A stretch of 64,000 nt of DNA, taken from the NCBI GenBank assembly GCA_963710375.1, contig CAVPZX010000007.1, positions 22,826-86,825 of the forward strand. The letters are read 5' to 3'. This DNA is from Nitrospirota bacterium (GTDB taxonomy: Bacteria; Nitrospirota; Thermodesulfovibrionia; Thermodesulfovibrionales; Dissulfurispiraceae). The notes under the pieces were generated by a model, which searched no databases, was not told the DNA's origin, and worked only from the letters and a program-made list of their open reading frames with translations. Below are positions 1 through 8,277 of the stretch, piece after piece; position 1 is the first letter of the stretch, and each line of letters opens with the position of its first letter. The position numbers and the translations under genes were made by a program.

Positions 1-1300
1 AACCGTTACGCTTCAATTCTCTAACGAAGTCTTTCCTGTCTTCAGAATGCTGCCATACGTCTTTCACCTGTACTTTCAATAATTCCACTACAGAATCAGA
101 ACCGTGCATATTTGCCAAAGCCGGGTTTACCTGAATGTAACGGTCCCCGCTGGCAGTGGCCCTAAAGATGCCGATATTTATGTTGTTAACAAGTGAACGG
201 TATTGCTCTTCGCTCTCCCGCAGGTCCTCATCCCTTTTCCTTATTTGTGTTGTCATATTGTTAAAGGCGTATGCAAGAGCTCCGATCTCATCACTTGAAT
301 CGGTTTCAGCCTCTACGGTTAGGTCTCCGTCAGCCACTTTTCCGGCAGCAGCGGTCAGCTTCAAAATGGGTTTAGAGAGCAAACCTGCCAGGACGAATGC
401 GACAAAAACATCGAAGAGCACGGCACAGGTCATGATTATAGTGTTGTATTTCTCTATTCTGGTAACGCCGGCCATAGCCTCGTCCAGAGGCTGCTCGGCA
501 ATAATCCCCCATTGGGTGACCGGGGCATAGCTGTAGCCGGCCAATTTCTTCCGGCCGTCAAGCTCATAGCGCACCCACCCAGTCTGCCCAGTGATGACGG
601 CTTTAACGGGGGCCAGAGAAGAGAAGTCTGTCATCTTCTGAACCAAACTGCGGTCCTTGTGTATAAGGATTTTGCCATTTTTATTGACTGCATATGCGTA
701 TCCTGTGTCGCCTATTTTAGTCTGAGCTATCAAGTCGTCCAGCCTCTGCAAGTCGACAACGCCTATCAGCACGCCGCGCACGGTACGGTCTTTGCCATTA
801 ATCGGTTCGGCAATGATAATGGACAACCTACCTGTGCTCTTGGCATTGATGACATCCGATATTGCAGTAGTTCCTGTTGTGATCACCTTCCTAAAATAGT
901 CTCTGTCATCATTCCTGATACCGAGATCCCTGCCGTCAGAGCGCGCTACTTGCTTGCCGCTTGCAGCATCGCATACGATTATCAGCGGCATTCCCTGAGG
1001 GTACTGGGTGGCAATGTCACTTAGCGCCGGCACTTCCCTGACAGGGTTCATAGACCTAATATCCGCGCTGTTGGCAGCTATTTTCAGCACCCGCATTTTT
1101 TCCCTGATCGACTGATCGACTTTGCCGGCTATGGTTTCTGCCAGAATCCTGTTCTTTTCGAATACGGTGTTCTCCATACCCTGCTTAGCTATGGCTGCAG
1201 CTATAATCGTCATTAAAACCATAGGCAATGCAGTTACCGCAAATGCTATGAGCATTTTTCTCCGCTGGGTAAGTCCCATTAATGCTTTGATTGATTTCAT
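1..1300 (-). CDS. Sensor protein, N-terminal part: TM, dCache-like periplasmic domain, TM, HAMP, PAS. The C-terminus lies beyond the window start.
   Basis: My own reverse translation starts at the ATG (complement of 1298-1300): MKSIKALMGLTQRRKMLIAFAVTALPMVLMTIIAAAIAKQ... The frame stays open to position 2. There is a HAMP-like stretch SKPILKLTAAAGKVADGDLTVEAETDSSDEIGALAYAFNNM, followed by a PAS-like stretch EEQYRSLVNNINIGIFRATASGDRYIQVNPALANMHG. It is missing from the ORF track because it runs off the edge. Confidence 0.8.
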   Translation of the reverse strand, partial: MKSIKALMGLTQRRKMLIAFAVTALPMVLMTIIAAAIAKQGMENTVFEKNRILAETIAGKVDQSIREKMRVLKIAANSADIRSMNPVREVPALSDIATQYPQGMPLIIVCDAASGKQVARSDGRDLGIRNDDRDYFRKVITTGTTAISDVINAKSTGRLSIIIAEPINGKDRTVRGVLIGVVDLQRLDDLIAQTKIGDTGYAYAVNKNGKILIHKDRSLVQKMTDFSSLAPVKAVITGQTGWVRYELDGRKKLAGYSYAPVTQWGIIAEQPLDEAMAGVTRIEKYNTIIMTCAVLFDVFVAFVLAGLLSKPILKLTAAAGKVADGDLTVEAETDSSDEIGALAYAFNNMTTQIRKRDEDLRESEEQYRSLVNNINIGIFRATASGDRYIQVNPALANMHGSDSVVELLKVQVKDVWQHSEDRKDFVRELKRNG

Positions 1301-1647
1301 AGGGAAGACCGGAAAATACGGTTCTGCCGATCGGCAAAGAATCCCAGCGCACTCTGCTGGAATGGTCTGTCTACCTGCGTGTGTCGTAACATAACCTTTA
1401 TAAAACTGGCAATAATAATCTTTATGATAACATAATCCAATGTTACAGTTTTATTACGTGAATGTTAATTATTTGTTACACAATTGCAGCAGTATGTGCG
1501 ACACTCAATAGCCTCTGTAAAGTTGTTATAGTTTGTTTAAACTCAGAAAATGTTGAAGTTTTGCTACAATACGTGTAGTGACTTAATTTATCACTATTGG
1601 AAAAATACAAGGGAGATGCTCATGCCTGAGAATGAACGCATGATGGC

Positions 1648-1863
1648 ATGGATAATTATATGGCAAAGTACACTGCACCGATTGACGAAGATACGCGTCA
1701 GAGGATTCTTGCATTACCTGGTAGAGTAAAATTCTCTGCCTTTATGCGAAAGGCCATAACTGTATTTGTTGAGGAGATCGAGAAAAATCCTGACCTGAAA
1801 CCCGAGAATTTTGTTATCACCGTCACATCACGGAACGATGCCTCAGATAAAAAAAGAAAATGA
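1648..1863 (+). CDS. Small hypothetical protein, possibly ribbon-helix-helix-like
   Basis: 71-aa ORF (alternative start at 1660, MAKYT). Its stop lies 4 nt before the ATG of the next gene, suggesting co-transcription. No diagnostic motif. Confidence 0.35.
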   Translation: MDNYMAKYTAPIDEDTRQRILALPGRVKFSAFMRKAITVFVEEIEKNPDLKPENFVITVTSRNDASDKKRK

Positions 1864-1867
1864 CGGC

Positions 1868-3067
1868 ATGAAAAAAAACAAGATTCTTATTACCTGTGCA
1901 AAGGGGATACCGCCGTATTTGATGGCAGAACTTCTTGCACTGGGTTTCCCTGTGCTCGACGAACTTATTGCAGGCATAGCGACGGAGGGGACTATCGACG
2001 ACACTATCCGTCTCAATCTTATGCTTCGCACTGCTCATCGTGTGCTCTTTCTCATCAGGGAGTTTGTCGCACCTGATCCCGATGCTCTTTATCGGGCAGT
2101 ATCGGAAATTGCATGGGAGGAATATATAGCACCGGACGGGTATGTCTGCGTTACTTCCAGCGTGGACAACCCGACCATCAGGGATTCACGCTTTGCAAAT
2201 GTAAAGTGCAAGGATGCTATTGTCGACAGGATTAAGGAAAAGTGCGGACAGCGTCCTGACTCAGGTCCTGATCAGGACAGGGCAGTGGTAAATCTTTACT
2301 GGAAGGACGACCGATGTTCCCTGTATATAGATACCTCGGGAGAACCCCTATCCAGGCGCGGGTATAGAAAGATCCCCTTGACTGCGCCCATGCAGGAGAC
2401 CCTTGCGGCTGCTGTTATACAGGCAACAGGCTGGACGTCTGTGCAGGCGTCCGGCCAAAACAGCAGCGGCCACTTCATCAATCCCATGTGTGGCAGCGGC
2501 ACTCTTGCTATCGAGGCTGCGCTGATAGGACTGAACAGAGCTCCCGGGCTGTTACGGGACAATTTCGGGTTCATGCACATCAGGGGCTTTAATGAAGCTC
2601 TATGGGATGATCTGCGTTTTCAAGCGAAAAAAGCAGCAAAAAAGACGCTGGATTGCAGGATTATTGCGACCGATATCAGGCAAGAGGCTGTTGAGGCGGC
2701 AAAGAAAAATGCCGCTACAGCCGGCGTGGGGCATCTGGTTGAATTCGGTGTATGTGATTATTCCGAGACCCCAATCCCTGATGTAGGGTCCGGCGGAAGG
2801 GGTAGTGTAATACTTAACCCGGAATATGGAGAAAGAATGGGAAAGATCAAAGAGCTTGAGAGTGTTTATAAGGGGATCGGTGATTTCTTTAAGCAGAAGT
2901 GCAGGGGATATACCGGTTATCTTTTTACAGGAAACCTTGACCTGGCAAAGCAGGTTGGACTGCGAGCAAAGCGAAGGGTTCCATTTTTTAACGGTGGCAT
3001 AGAATGCAGGCTACTTGAGTATGAATTGTACGAGGGTAGCAGGAAGAATAAAAACTCAGGGATATAG
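1868..3067 (+). CDS. THUMP-domain class I SAM-dependent RNA methyltransferase (COG0116 / RlmL-like)
   Basis: Starts MKKNKILITCAKGIPPYLMAELLALGF, an N-terminal ferredoxin-like/THUMP pattern. Contains a SAM-binding INPMCGSGTLAIEAAL motif and an NPEYGERMG (NPPYG-type) catalytic motif. I chose the internal ATG at 1868 over the ORF-track start at 1811. Confidence 0.8.
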   Translation: MKKNKILITCAKGIPPYLMAELLALGFPVLDELIAGIATEGTIDDTIRLNLMLRTAHRVLFLIREFVAPDPDALYRAVSEIAWEEYIAPDGYVCVTSSVDNPTIRDSRFANVKCKDAIVDRIKEKCGQRPDSGPDQDRAVVNLYWKDDRCSLYIDTSGEPLSRRGYRKIPLTAPMQETLAAAVIQATGWTSVQASGQNSSGHFINPMCGSGTLAIEAALIGLNRAPGLLRDNFGFMHIRGFNEALWDDLRFQAKKAAKKTLDCRIIATDIRQEAVEAAKKNAATAGVGHLVEFGVCDYSETPIPDVGSGGRGSVILNPEYGERMGKIKELESVYKGIGDFFKQKCRGYTGYLFTGNLDLAKQVGLRAKRRVPFFNGGIECRLLEYELYEGSRKNKNSGI

Positions 3068-3092
3068 CAATGAATAATTTCTTTTGGGGGTT

Positions 3093-3512
3093 ATGGTGAA
3101 AAGCAGCAGTGATGAGGGAAGGGCTGACAGGCCGCTTTATCCAATAGGCGTTGCAGCAGAATTGATAGGCATTACGGAACAGACGTTGAGGCTTTATGAA
3201 AAGCACGGCCTTATTAAACCCGCCAGGCGAAATAAGAGACGGCATTATTCAGACAATGATATCAAATGGCTCACCTGTGTCAGAGATTTGATACATACCA
3301 AAAAAATAAGCATAGAGGGGATAAAGAAACTGCTCGGCTATGCCCCTTGCTGGGAAATCACCGGGTGCCGTGAGGTAACAAAATCCATGTGCACTGCCCA
3401 TGTTAATAAATCCAAGCCATGCTGGGAACTTAATAAAACAATATGTAATGACAAATCGGGCAAACGCTGCAATAAATGCATAATCTATCTTGCGAGGCAT
3501 AAGCAAGCCTAG
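3093..3512 (+). CDS. MerR-family transcriptional regulator with a C-terminal Cys/Trp-rich (two-CW-like) domain
   Basis: MerR HTH: YPIGVAAELIGITEQTLRLYEKHGLIKPARRNKRRHYSDNDI. The C-terminus APCWEITGCREVTKSMCTAHVNKSKPCWELNKTICNDKSGKRCNKC has 7 Cys and two CW dipeptides. Confidence 0.8.
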   Translation: MVKSSSDEGRADRPLYPIGVAAELIGITEQTLRLYEKHGLIKPARRNKRRHYSDNDIKWLTCVRDLIHTKKISIEGIKKLLGYAPCWEITGCREVTKSMCTAHVNKSKPCWELNKTICNDKSGKRCNKCIIYLARHKQA

Positions 3513-3552
3513 CCTGTCATATATATTTGCGAAGTTTTAATCAATAGCTTAT

Positions 3553-3584
3553 TTGATAATTGTAATTTTATCATGTTATATTAT
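3553..3584 (+). promoter_or_regulatory. Candidate MerR-type promoter/operator upstream of the TAT redox gene
   Basis: TTGATA (3553-3558) and TATATT (3577-3582) are separated by 18 nt (up to 20 nt with the alternative -10 TATTAT). A perfect dyad TGATAA-N8-TTATCA (3554-3559 / 3568-3573) sits inside the spacer, as in MerR-regulated promoters. Confidence 0.35.
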
Positions 3585-3640
3585 TCACGCAAACCGAATA
3601 TTAACTTTATTCAAATCAATTCTTAAAAGGAGCCAAAGAT

Positions 3641-4495
3641 ATGGAAGACGAAAGGACGTTTGAAGAACAAATTTCACGAAGGGGACTTATCAAAACAGCA
3701 ATCGGAATGGGCAGTTTAGCTGTAATTACATCAGGAGGGCTGGGTCTTTTATCTAATGCAGAGGCCGCCAAGAATAAATCCCAGAAGTTTCCGTGGCCGT
3801 ACAAGAAATTGAGTGATCAAGAGATTAAACAAGCAGGTGAGACGGCTTATAATAACTGGTTCAAGGGGTTTTGCGCATATGCAGCTTTAAGTGGGATAGT
3901 CCAGACGCTCGCGGCAAAAGTCGGAGGGCCGTACAAGACTTTTCCCATGGAAGCTATCATGTTTGCCCATGGCGGGACAGCCGGCTGGGGCGGAACTTGT
4001 GGAACATTGATTGGGGCCGGCATAGGAGCTTCTCTCGTGGCAGGCCATAAGGATGCTGAGGAAATAATTAACGAGGTCATGTACTACTATTCGGATACCG
4101 CACTGCCGACTTTTGTACCTGCCAACCCGATAGCATATAAAGATCTCAAGGCAACAAGCACGGCGAATTCTACTCTCTGTCACATCTCTGTAGGCAAATG
4201 GATGAAGGCGGAAGGGATTGCGGAAGGCAAAGGTCCCGAGGGCGTTGGGTTCCTGAGCCATCAGCAGATAGACAGGTGCGCCAGGATGGCGGCAAATATG
4301 TCCATGAAAACACTCGAATTCCTGAATCAATGGAAGGACGGCAAATTCGAGGCTAAGAATGAGGCCCCGTCTGTCGCCAACCATATACCGTCTCAGAACA
4401 ACTGTACCGATTGCCATCATGATAATGTCCCAACACCCGGACCATTCGGCACAGGAGTAGGAATACTCAAAGGAAGATATGGTATCGGACTCTGA
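3641..4495 (+). CDS. TAT-exported C_GCAxxG_C_C-family redox protein with a C-terminal CXXCH heme-binding motif (possibly split-Soret cytochrome-like)
   Basis: Twin-arginine signal SRRGLIKTAIGMGSLAV. Family-like Cys motifs: GFCAYAALSG, WGGTCGTLIGAG, LCHIS and DRCARMA. NNCTDCHHDN is a CXXCH motif. A good RBS (AAAGGAG) lies upstream. Confidence 0.75.
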   Translation: MEDERTFEEQISRRGLIKTAIGMGSLAVITSGGLGLLSNAEAAKNKSQKFPWPYKKLSDQEIKQAGETAYNNWFKGFCAYAALSGIVQTLAAKVGGPYKTFPMEAIMFAHGGTAGWGGTCGTLIGAGIGASLVAGHKDAEEIINEVMYYYSDTALPTFVPANPIAYKDLKATSTANSTLCHISVGKWMKAEGIAEGKGPEGVGFLSHQQIDRCARMAANMSMKTLEFLNQWKDGKFEAKNEAPSVANHIPSQNNCTDCHHDNVPTPGPFGTGVGILKGRYGIGL

Positions 4496-4638
4496 AATAA
4501 TAAGTGACAACAAATTATGGCGCTCTCTTAGTACATGAAAAAAGGGGAACTAGCTTAAGAAGAACTAAGGTGCAAGATACATATTAAAATGTTGTAACTT
4601 TTTATAAGGATTTTAGGCTGAAAGGAGGTGAAAAAAGG

Positions 4639-4893
4639 ATGAAGAAATTGCTCGCAATAGTTGTAGCTATAATTTTTATTCTGGGTCTTGCCTCTTTCGG
4701 TTTCGCAGGAACCGAGAAATGCGACAAGTGCCATAAGGGTGAAAAAGCGGTAGAGAAAATGATAGCGAAAAAGAAAATTACTACCGCTGCCGATCTTACA
4801 AAGGCTTTGAGAGAAGGGCCTAAAGCCGGCATGCACAAGAAATTAACCGATGGCGAAATTAAATCAGCTGCGGAAGCACTTAAGTTGAAATAG
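4639..4893 (+). CDS. Small secreted monoheme c-type cytochrome
   Basis: Signal peptide MKKLLAIVVAIIFILGLASFGFAG, followed by a single CDKCH (CXXCH) motif. Strong RBS GAAAGGAGGTG. Confidence 0.7.
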   Translation: MKKLLAIVVAIIFILGLASFGFAGTEKCDKCHKGEKAVEKMIAKKKITTAADLTKALREGPKAGMHKKLTDGEIKSAAEALKLK

Positions 4894-4915
4894 CACTATT
4901 AATAATCGAGTAGGC

Positions 4916-4966
4916 TGAGGGGTCACCCCCTCAAGCCTCTCACATCGCGCGGATGTGAGAGCTTTT
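4916..4966 (+). terminator. Two tandem hairpins downstream of the cytochrome gene; the second is followed by a T-run
   Basis: Hairpin 1: tgagggg (4916-4922) pairs with cccctca (4927-4933). Hairpin 2: ctctcacatc (4937-4946) pairs with gatgtgagag (4952-4961), loop gcgcg, followed by cttttaa. Confidence 0.55.
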
Positions 4967-4985
4967 AACGAAAAAGGGGGCTGAC

Positions 4986-5342
4986 ATGGCGAAATTTCTT
5001 TTTGTTTTGAGTCGGGGAATGGACGATCCAGTTCGGGCTACCAGATGCATCCACCTGGCAAAAGTTGCCAAAGAGGAGGGGCATGAAGTAAATGTATTCC
5101 TTATCGATGATGGCGTAACGATTGCCAAAATAGGTATGGCTGACAACATGAAATCCCCAACCGGCGACGAACTCAAACCCCTGCTGGATTATCTCGCAAA
5201 AGCATCGGTCCCGACCATGGTTTGCACTCCTTGCGCAAATGCACGGCATATGGGGCAAGAGGATCTGATTCAGTCGGCCCGGTTTGAAACGGCAAAAAAG
5301 CTGATTGGTTTAGCTGCAGAATCAAAGGTGTTTACTTTTTAG
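4986..5342 (+). CDS. DsrE/DsrF-family sulfur-relay-like protein
   Basis: 118 aa, MAKFLFVLSRGMDDPVRATRCIHLAKVAKEEGHEVNVFLIDDGV ... MVCTPCANARHM. This is the typical DsrE-fold layout with conserved Cys. Confidence 0.75.
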   Translation: MAKFLFVLSRGMDDPVRATRCIHLAKVAKEEGHEVNVFLIDDGVTIAKIGMADNMKSPTGDELKPLLDYLAKASVPTMVCTPCANARHMGQEDLIQSARFETAKKLIGLAAESKVFTF

Positions 5343-5343
5343 T

Positions 5344-5604
5344 ATGGACTATGATTCATTGAGCCGGGCCGAGCTCGAATCGGTGATGGATCACCTGCAG
5401 AGAAACCTCGAAGACATTGAGGAAATGATAGAGTTTGATTACAATTTTACGTCAGCGCATATCAGCGGACATCGGGTAAAGAAAGATGAAGAAAGAATCG
5501 CAGAGGCTGAAGGACAATATCTCACAGGTTCAGCGTATCTTATATGCCAAGTATGTACAGTAAGTTTTTTTGTTAATCGGATGGTAAAAACAACTTTCCC
5601 ATAA
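5344..5604 (+). CDS. Hypothetical protein
   Basis: 86-aa ORF that starts 2 nt after the DsrE stop. No recognisable motif. Confidence 0.3.
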   Translation: MDYDSLSRAELESVMDHLQRNLEDIEEMIEFDYNFTSAHISGHRVKKDEERIAEAEGQYLTGSAYLICQVCTVSFFVNRMVKTTFP

Positions 5605-5606
5605 CA

Positions 5607-5927
5607 TTAACTTTCAATAGCTATTCCCACATTCGCAAAAAAGAAACGCTCTTTCAGCGCGGCATGCAGCAGCGATGCTTTCATCAGCCCGGTGCAATGT
5701 GAGACACCGAAATGTTCGATACGATATTTGTCAATTACCTTTAACGTTCCTTCGAATTGTTCCTCACTTGAAAAGTTCAAGTGCGTGCCTCCAATGACAG
5801 CGTAAATGGTATCTTGTTTGAGCATCCCAACGATGTGATCGAGTATGTTTATTACTCCGGCATGCGCACAGCCGGGCGATTTCCGCAATACGCGGTTAGT
5901 TGTTAATATCCTCCGGTATGGCGTCAT
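5607..5927 (-). pseudogene. C-terminal remnant of an MBL-fold metallo-hydrolase (COG1237-like)
   Basis: Only about 95 residues of homology remain (GCAHAGVINILDHIV ... GGTHL ... VSHCTG), against about 260-300 aa for full-length members. No upstream continuation exists in any frame. Confidence 0.55.
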
Positions 5928-6037
5928 TTGCCTTGTTTTCTTTCTTTATTGTGGGACGGGATTTCCTATTCCGCCAACAGAGAAAAGCCCCTATGCTGAA
6001 CAGCACTATGGCCGCCAAATCAAATATGCCATTAAGG

Positions 6038-6469
6038 TCAGGTGATATCATGAGACTTGCTCCTCCTTATAGTCAGGATATTATTGAAAGCTGCCATTAG
6101 CCTCTTGCTCAGGAAATCTGCGGCGATCGGCTTCGTTATAAAGTCATTTACACCCATATCCATCGCTTCCGCGAGAACACTCTCTTCGTTATGAGCCGTC
6201 AGCATCAAAAACAGTGTATCCTTTTGCTTATCCTCCTCCTTTATCCAGGCAAGGAGTTCCGTTCCCTTTGCCCCCGGCAAATTCCAGTCACACAACACGA
6301 CGTCGTACGGCTTTACCGACAATTTTGCCATTGCCGCGTCCACGCTGCCCGCCTCATCTAATTCGACCTTTATTCCGGCTTGTCCGGGGAACGACGATTT
6401 GATGCTGGCTTTTATGAAAGCCCTCATGGGAGATTCATCGTCAACTATCAAAACTCTTATATTTTCCAT
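6038..6469 (-). CDS. Stand-alone CheY-like response regulator receiver protein
   Basis: MENIRVLIVDDESPMRAFIK ... DVVLCDWNLPGAKG ... LMLTAHNEE ... GVNDFITKP. I chose the internal start at 6469 over the ORF-track start at 6577. Confidence 0.8.
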   Translation of the reverse strand: MENIRVLIVDDESPMRAFIKASIKSSFPGQAGIKVELDEAGSVDAAMAKLSVKPYDVVLCDWNLPGAKGTELLAWIKEEDKQKDTLFLMLTAHNEESVLAEAMDMGVNDFITKPIAADFLSKRLMAAFNNILTIRRSKSHDIT

Positions 6470-6744
6470 ATTCCCGGATAATAGCTCGTCAGTTCTCCTC
6501 AGGAGCAAGTTGCCATGCAAGAGCCCTGTCTCTGTCTTCGCTATCAGGCATGGGCATAGTTTACGTAATAACGGCATGGGCAGTCAATAAGGCAACGGGT
6601 ATTATAGTACTATCGGGTGTGTCCCTGTTCTTGACTCATACGCATTTCTGTTCTATGATTTTCATGAGAACGGCTGTTGCACAGAACATAATGCGGATGG
6701 GTGCAGCAAGCACTCGCCTTACTTCGTCTTGGAAGGAGCCCCGG

Positions 6745-6906
6745 ATGGGGGAAAGGACGTTTCCATTGTCCCGTGTCTATCAGCTGCTCGAACCCGGTCC
6801 TGTTGTGCTGGTCACAACGGCCAGAGCGGGGCGGGCGAACATCATGACTATGTCGTGGCATACGATGCTGGATTTCGAGCCGCCAATAGCGGCTTGCGTG
6901 AAATGA
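6745..6906 (+). pseudogene. N-terminal remnant (53 aa) of a flavin reductase-like (FMN-binding split barrel) protein
   Basis: RBS GGAAGGAG, then MGERTFPLSRVYQLLEPGPVVLVTTARAGRANIMTMSWHTMLDFEPPIAACVK and a TGA stop. Family members are about 160-200 aa. No continuation before the next gene. Confidence 0.5.
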
Positions 6907-6975
6907 CTATCGGGAGTCGGAGTTTAAGACAGACTAATACCGCAGGCAGAAAATATTGGCAGAGGAGGAATGTTC

Positions 6976-7347
6976 ATGCCGGTCAAGATCAGGATAACAG
7001 TTCGGGACATTACGCTGAATGCAGAACTTTTTGATACTCCATGCGCAAAGAAAATTGCAGGAGCACTGCCTATCGTCGCCAATCCTCAAGAATGGGGTGA
7101 TGAGTTTTACTTTGAAATCCCGGTAAACATGTCACCTGATGAAACGGCAACGACCGTCGTCAAGGCCGGCGATATCGGCTATTGGCCTCCGGGAAGAGCA
7201 CTCGCAATCTTTTTCGGGCCCACGCCAATGAGCAAGTGCAACGACCCTGTTCCTGCAAGCGCAGTGAACCTTGTGGGAAAGATTAATGGAGATTCAACCG
7301 TCCTCAGGCGCGTAAAAGGCGCTGGAGAAATACGTATTGAGCACTAA
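6976..7347 (+). CDS. Cyclophilin-like fold family protein
   Basis: AELFDTPCAKKIAGALP ... EWGDEFYFEIP ... GDIGYWPPGRALAIFFGPTP matches the Cyclophil_like pattern from memory. RBS GAGGAGG lies 7 nt upstream of the ATG at 6976 (alternative ATG at 6970). Confidence 0.7.
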   Translation: MPVKIRITVRDITLNAELFDTPCAKKIAGALPIVANPQEWGDEFYFEIPVNMSPDETATTVVKAGDIGYWPPGRALAIFFGPTPMSKCNDPVPASAVNLVGKINGDSTVLRRVKGAGEIRIEH

Positions 7348-7358
7348 GCGGTGAGCAT

Positions 7359-7697
7359 ATGGATATCGAACACTATTCATTCGGAAAGATTGTCATTAAG
7401 GGCAATAGGTATTCCAAAGATGTTATCATCTTCTCCGACAGGGTTCTTTCACCCTGGTGGAGACAAGAGGGGCATTACCTCAGGATAGAAGACCTCGAGG
7501 AGGCACTCAAAGAAGAACCGGAGGTGCTTGTGATTGGGAAGGGATATTTTGGTATGATGGCAGTACCGGATGAGCTTGTAGCAAAACTCAGCAGTAATGG
7601 TATCCAGATAATCGCACAAAAATCTTCAGAGGCAGTAAAGACTTTTAACAATCTGAGCACTAAAAAAAAGATTGCGGCCCTCCACCTTACCTGCTGA
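7359..7697 (+). CDS. Mth938-like (DUF498) domain protein
   Basis: 112 aa, FGKIVIKGNRYSKDVIIFSDRV ... PEVLVIGKGYFGMMAVPDE ... QKSSEAVKTFNNL. Confidence 0.7.
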   Translation: MDIEHYSFGKIVIKGNRYSKDVIIFSDRVLSPWWRQEGHYLRIEDLEEALKEEPEVLVIGKGYFGMMAVPDELVAKLSSNGIQIIAQKSSEAVKTFNNLSTKKKIAALHLTC

Positions 7698-7703
7698 AAC
7701 ATA

Positions 7704-7729
7704 CCTATTACCTATCACCAATCACCAAT
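7704..7729. repeat. Word-repeat element, single pyrimidine-type arm (complement of GTGATWG words)
   Basis: cctattacctatcaccaatcaccaat lies between convergent genes. Confidence 0.3.
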
Positions 7730-7734
7730 TCGGC

Positions 7735-8271
7735 TCAGCCTCTTGATAGATAAAGAAGCAGGGCCCTTGCTATCGAGAAAAGTCGCAAGTAACGGTCATC
7801 ATAATAGTCCCTGTATGTGTGGGGGAGAGAGACGTAACGCTCTTTGTCTTTGCTGTACGACAGTGTTACCTCGGCAAATATCCCGTCTGTAAGATATATC
7901 CTGTGCGAGTAGTCCTTTGTCGAAGCGAGCACCAGCTTTGCGAAAGTAAGATAGCCGGGGTCCAGGTTTATCGTTCTTTTTCCATTAACCGACAATGAAT
8001 TTTCAATCTCGCAGGTTTTCAACTTGGCTGCAGCAAGGCGGTCTTGTTCTATCAGTTCCTTGAAAAAAATGAATCTCCGGAAGATTGGCTCCCCCAGTTC
8101 CTCTTTATAATGCTCTGAGAAATCCCATTGAATGGCAGGGCTTTCCATAAGCACTTCACCGAAGCAATCTTCAAGATGATGGAGTGATTTGATATAAATG
8201 TCTTCCTTTGAAAACAGCGCTCCGACAAGGAGAAGAGCATTTTCGGGAGGTGTTGGGACTCGTCGCCTCAT
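7735..8271 (-). CDS. DUF4416 family protein
   Basis: 178 aa containing RTINLDPGYLTFAKLVLASTKDYSHRIYL and TYRDYYD, which I recall as DUF4416 signatures. Confidence 0.65.
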   Translation of the reverse strand: MRRRVPTPPENALLLVGALFSKEDIYIKSLHHLEDCFGEVLMESPAIQWDFSEHYKEELGEPIFRRFIFFKELIEQDRLAAAKLKTCEIENSLSVNGKRTINLDPGYLTFAKLVLASTKDYSHRIYLTDGIFAEVTLSYSKDKERYVSLPHTYRDYYDDRYLRLFSIARALLLYLSRG

Positions 8272-8277
8272 TGACGG

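Noticed and set aside
156-1394. Three + strand ORFs (124, 170 and 90 aa) listed in the track
   Set aside because: They are the antisense shadow of a continuous minus-strand Cache/HAMP/PAS sensor gene (1-1300). That gene has clear domain motifs. The + strand products are low-complexity and have no motifs.
6904-6906. Possible selenocysteine or read-through at the TGA that ends the flavin reductase remnant
   Set aside because: The downstream frame closes again after about 8 codons, and no SECIS-like hairpin is evident. Truncation is the simpler explanation.
6729-7034. 101-aa + strand ORF spanning the flavin-reductase remnant and the cyclophilin-like gene start
   Set aside because: It is out of frame with both recognisable coding segments and has no motif.
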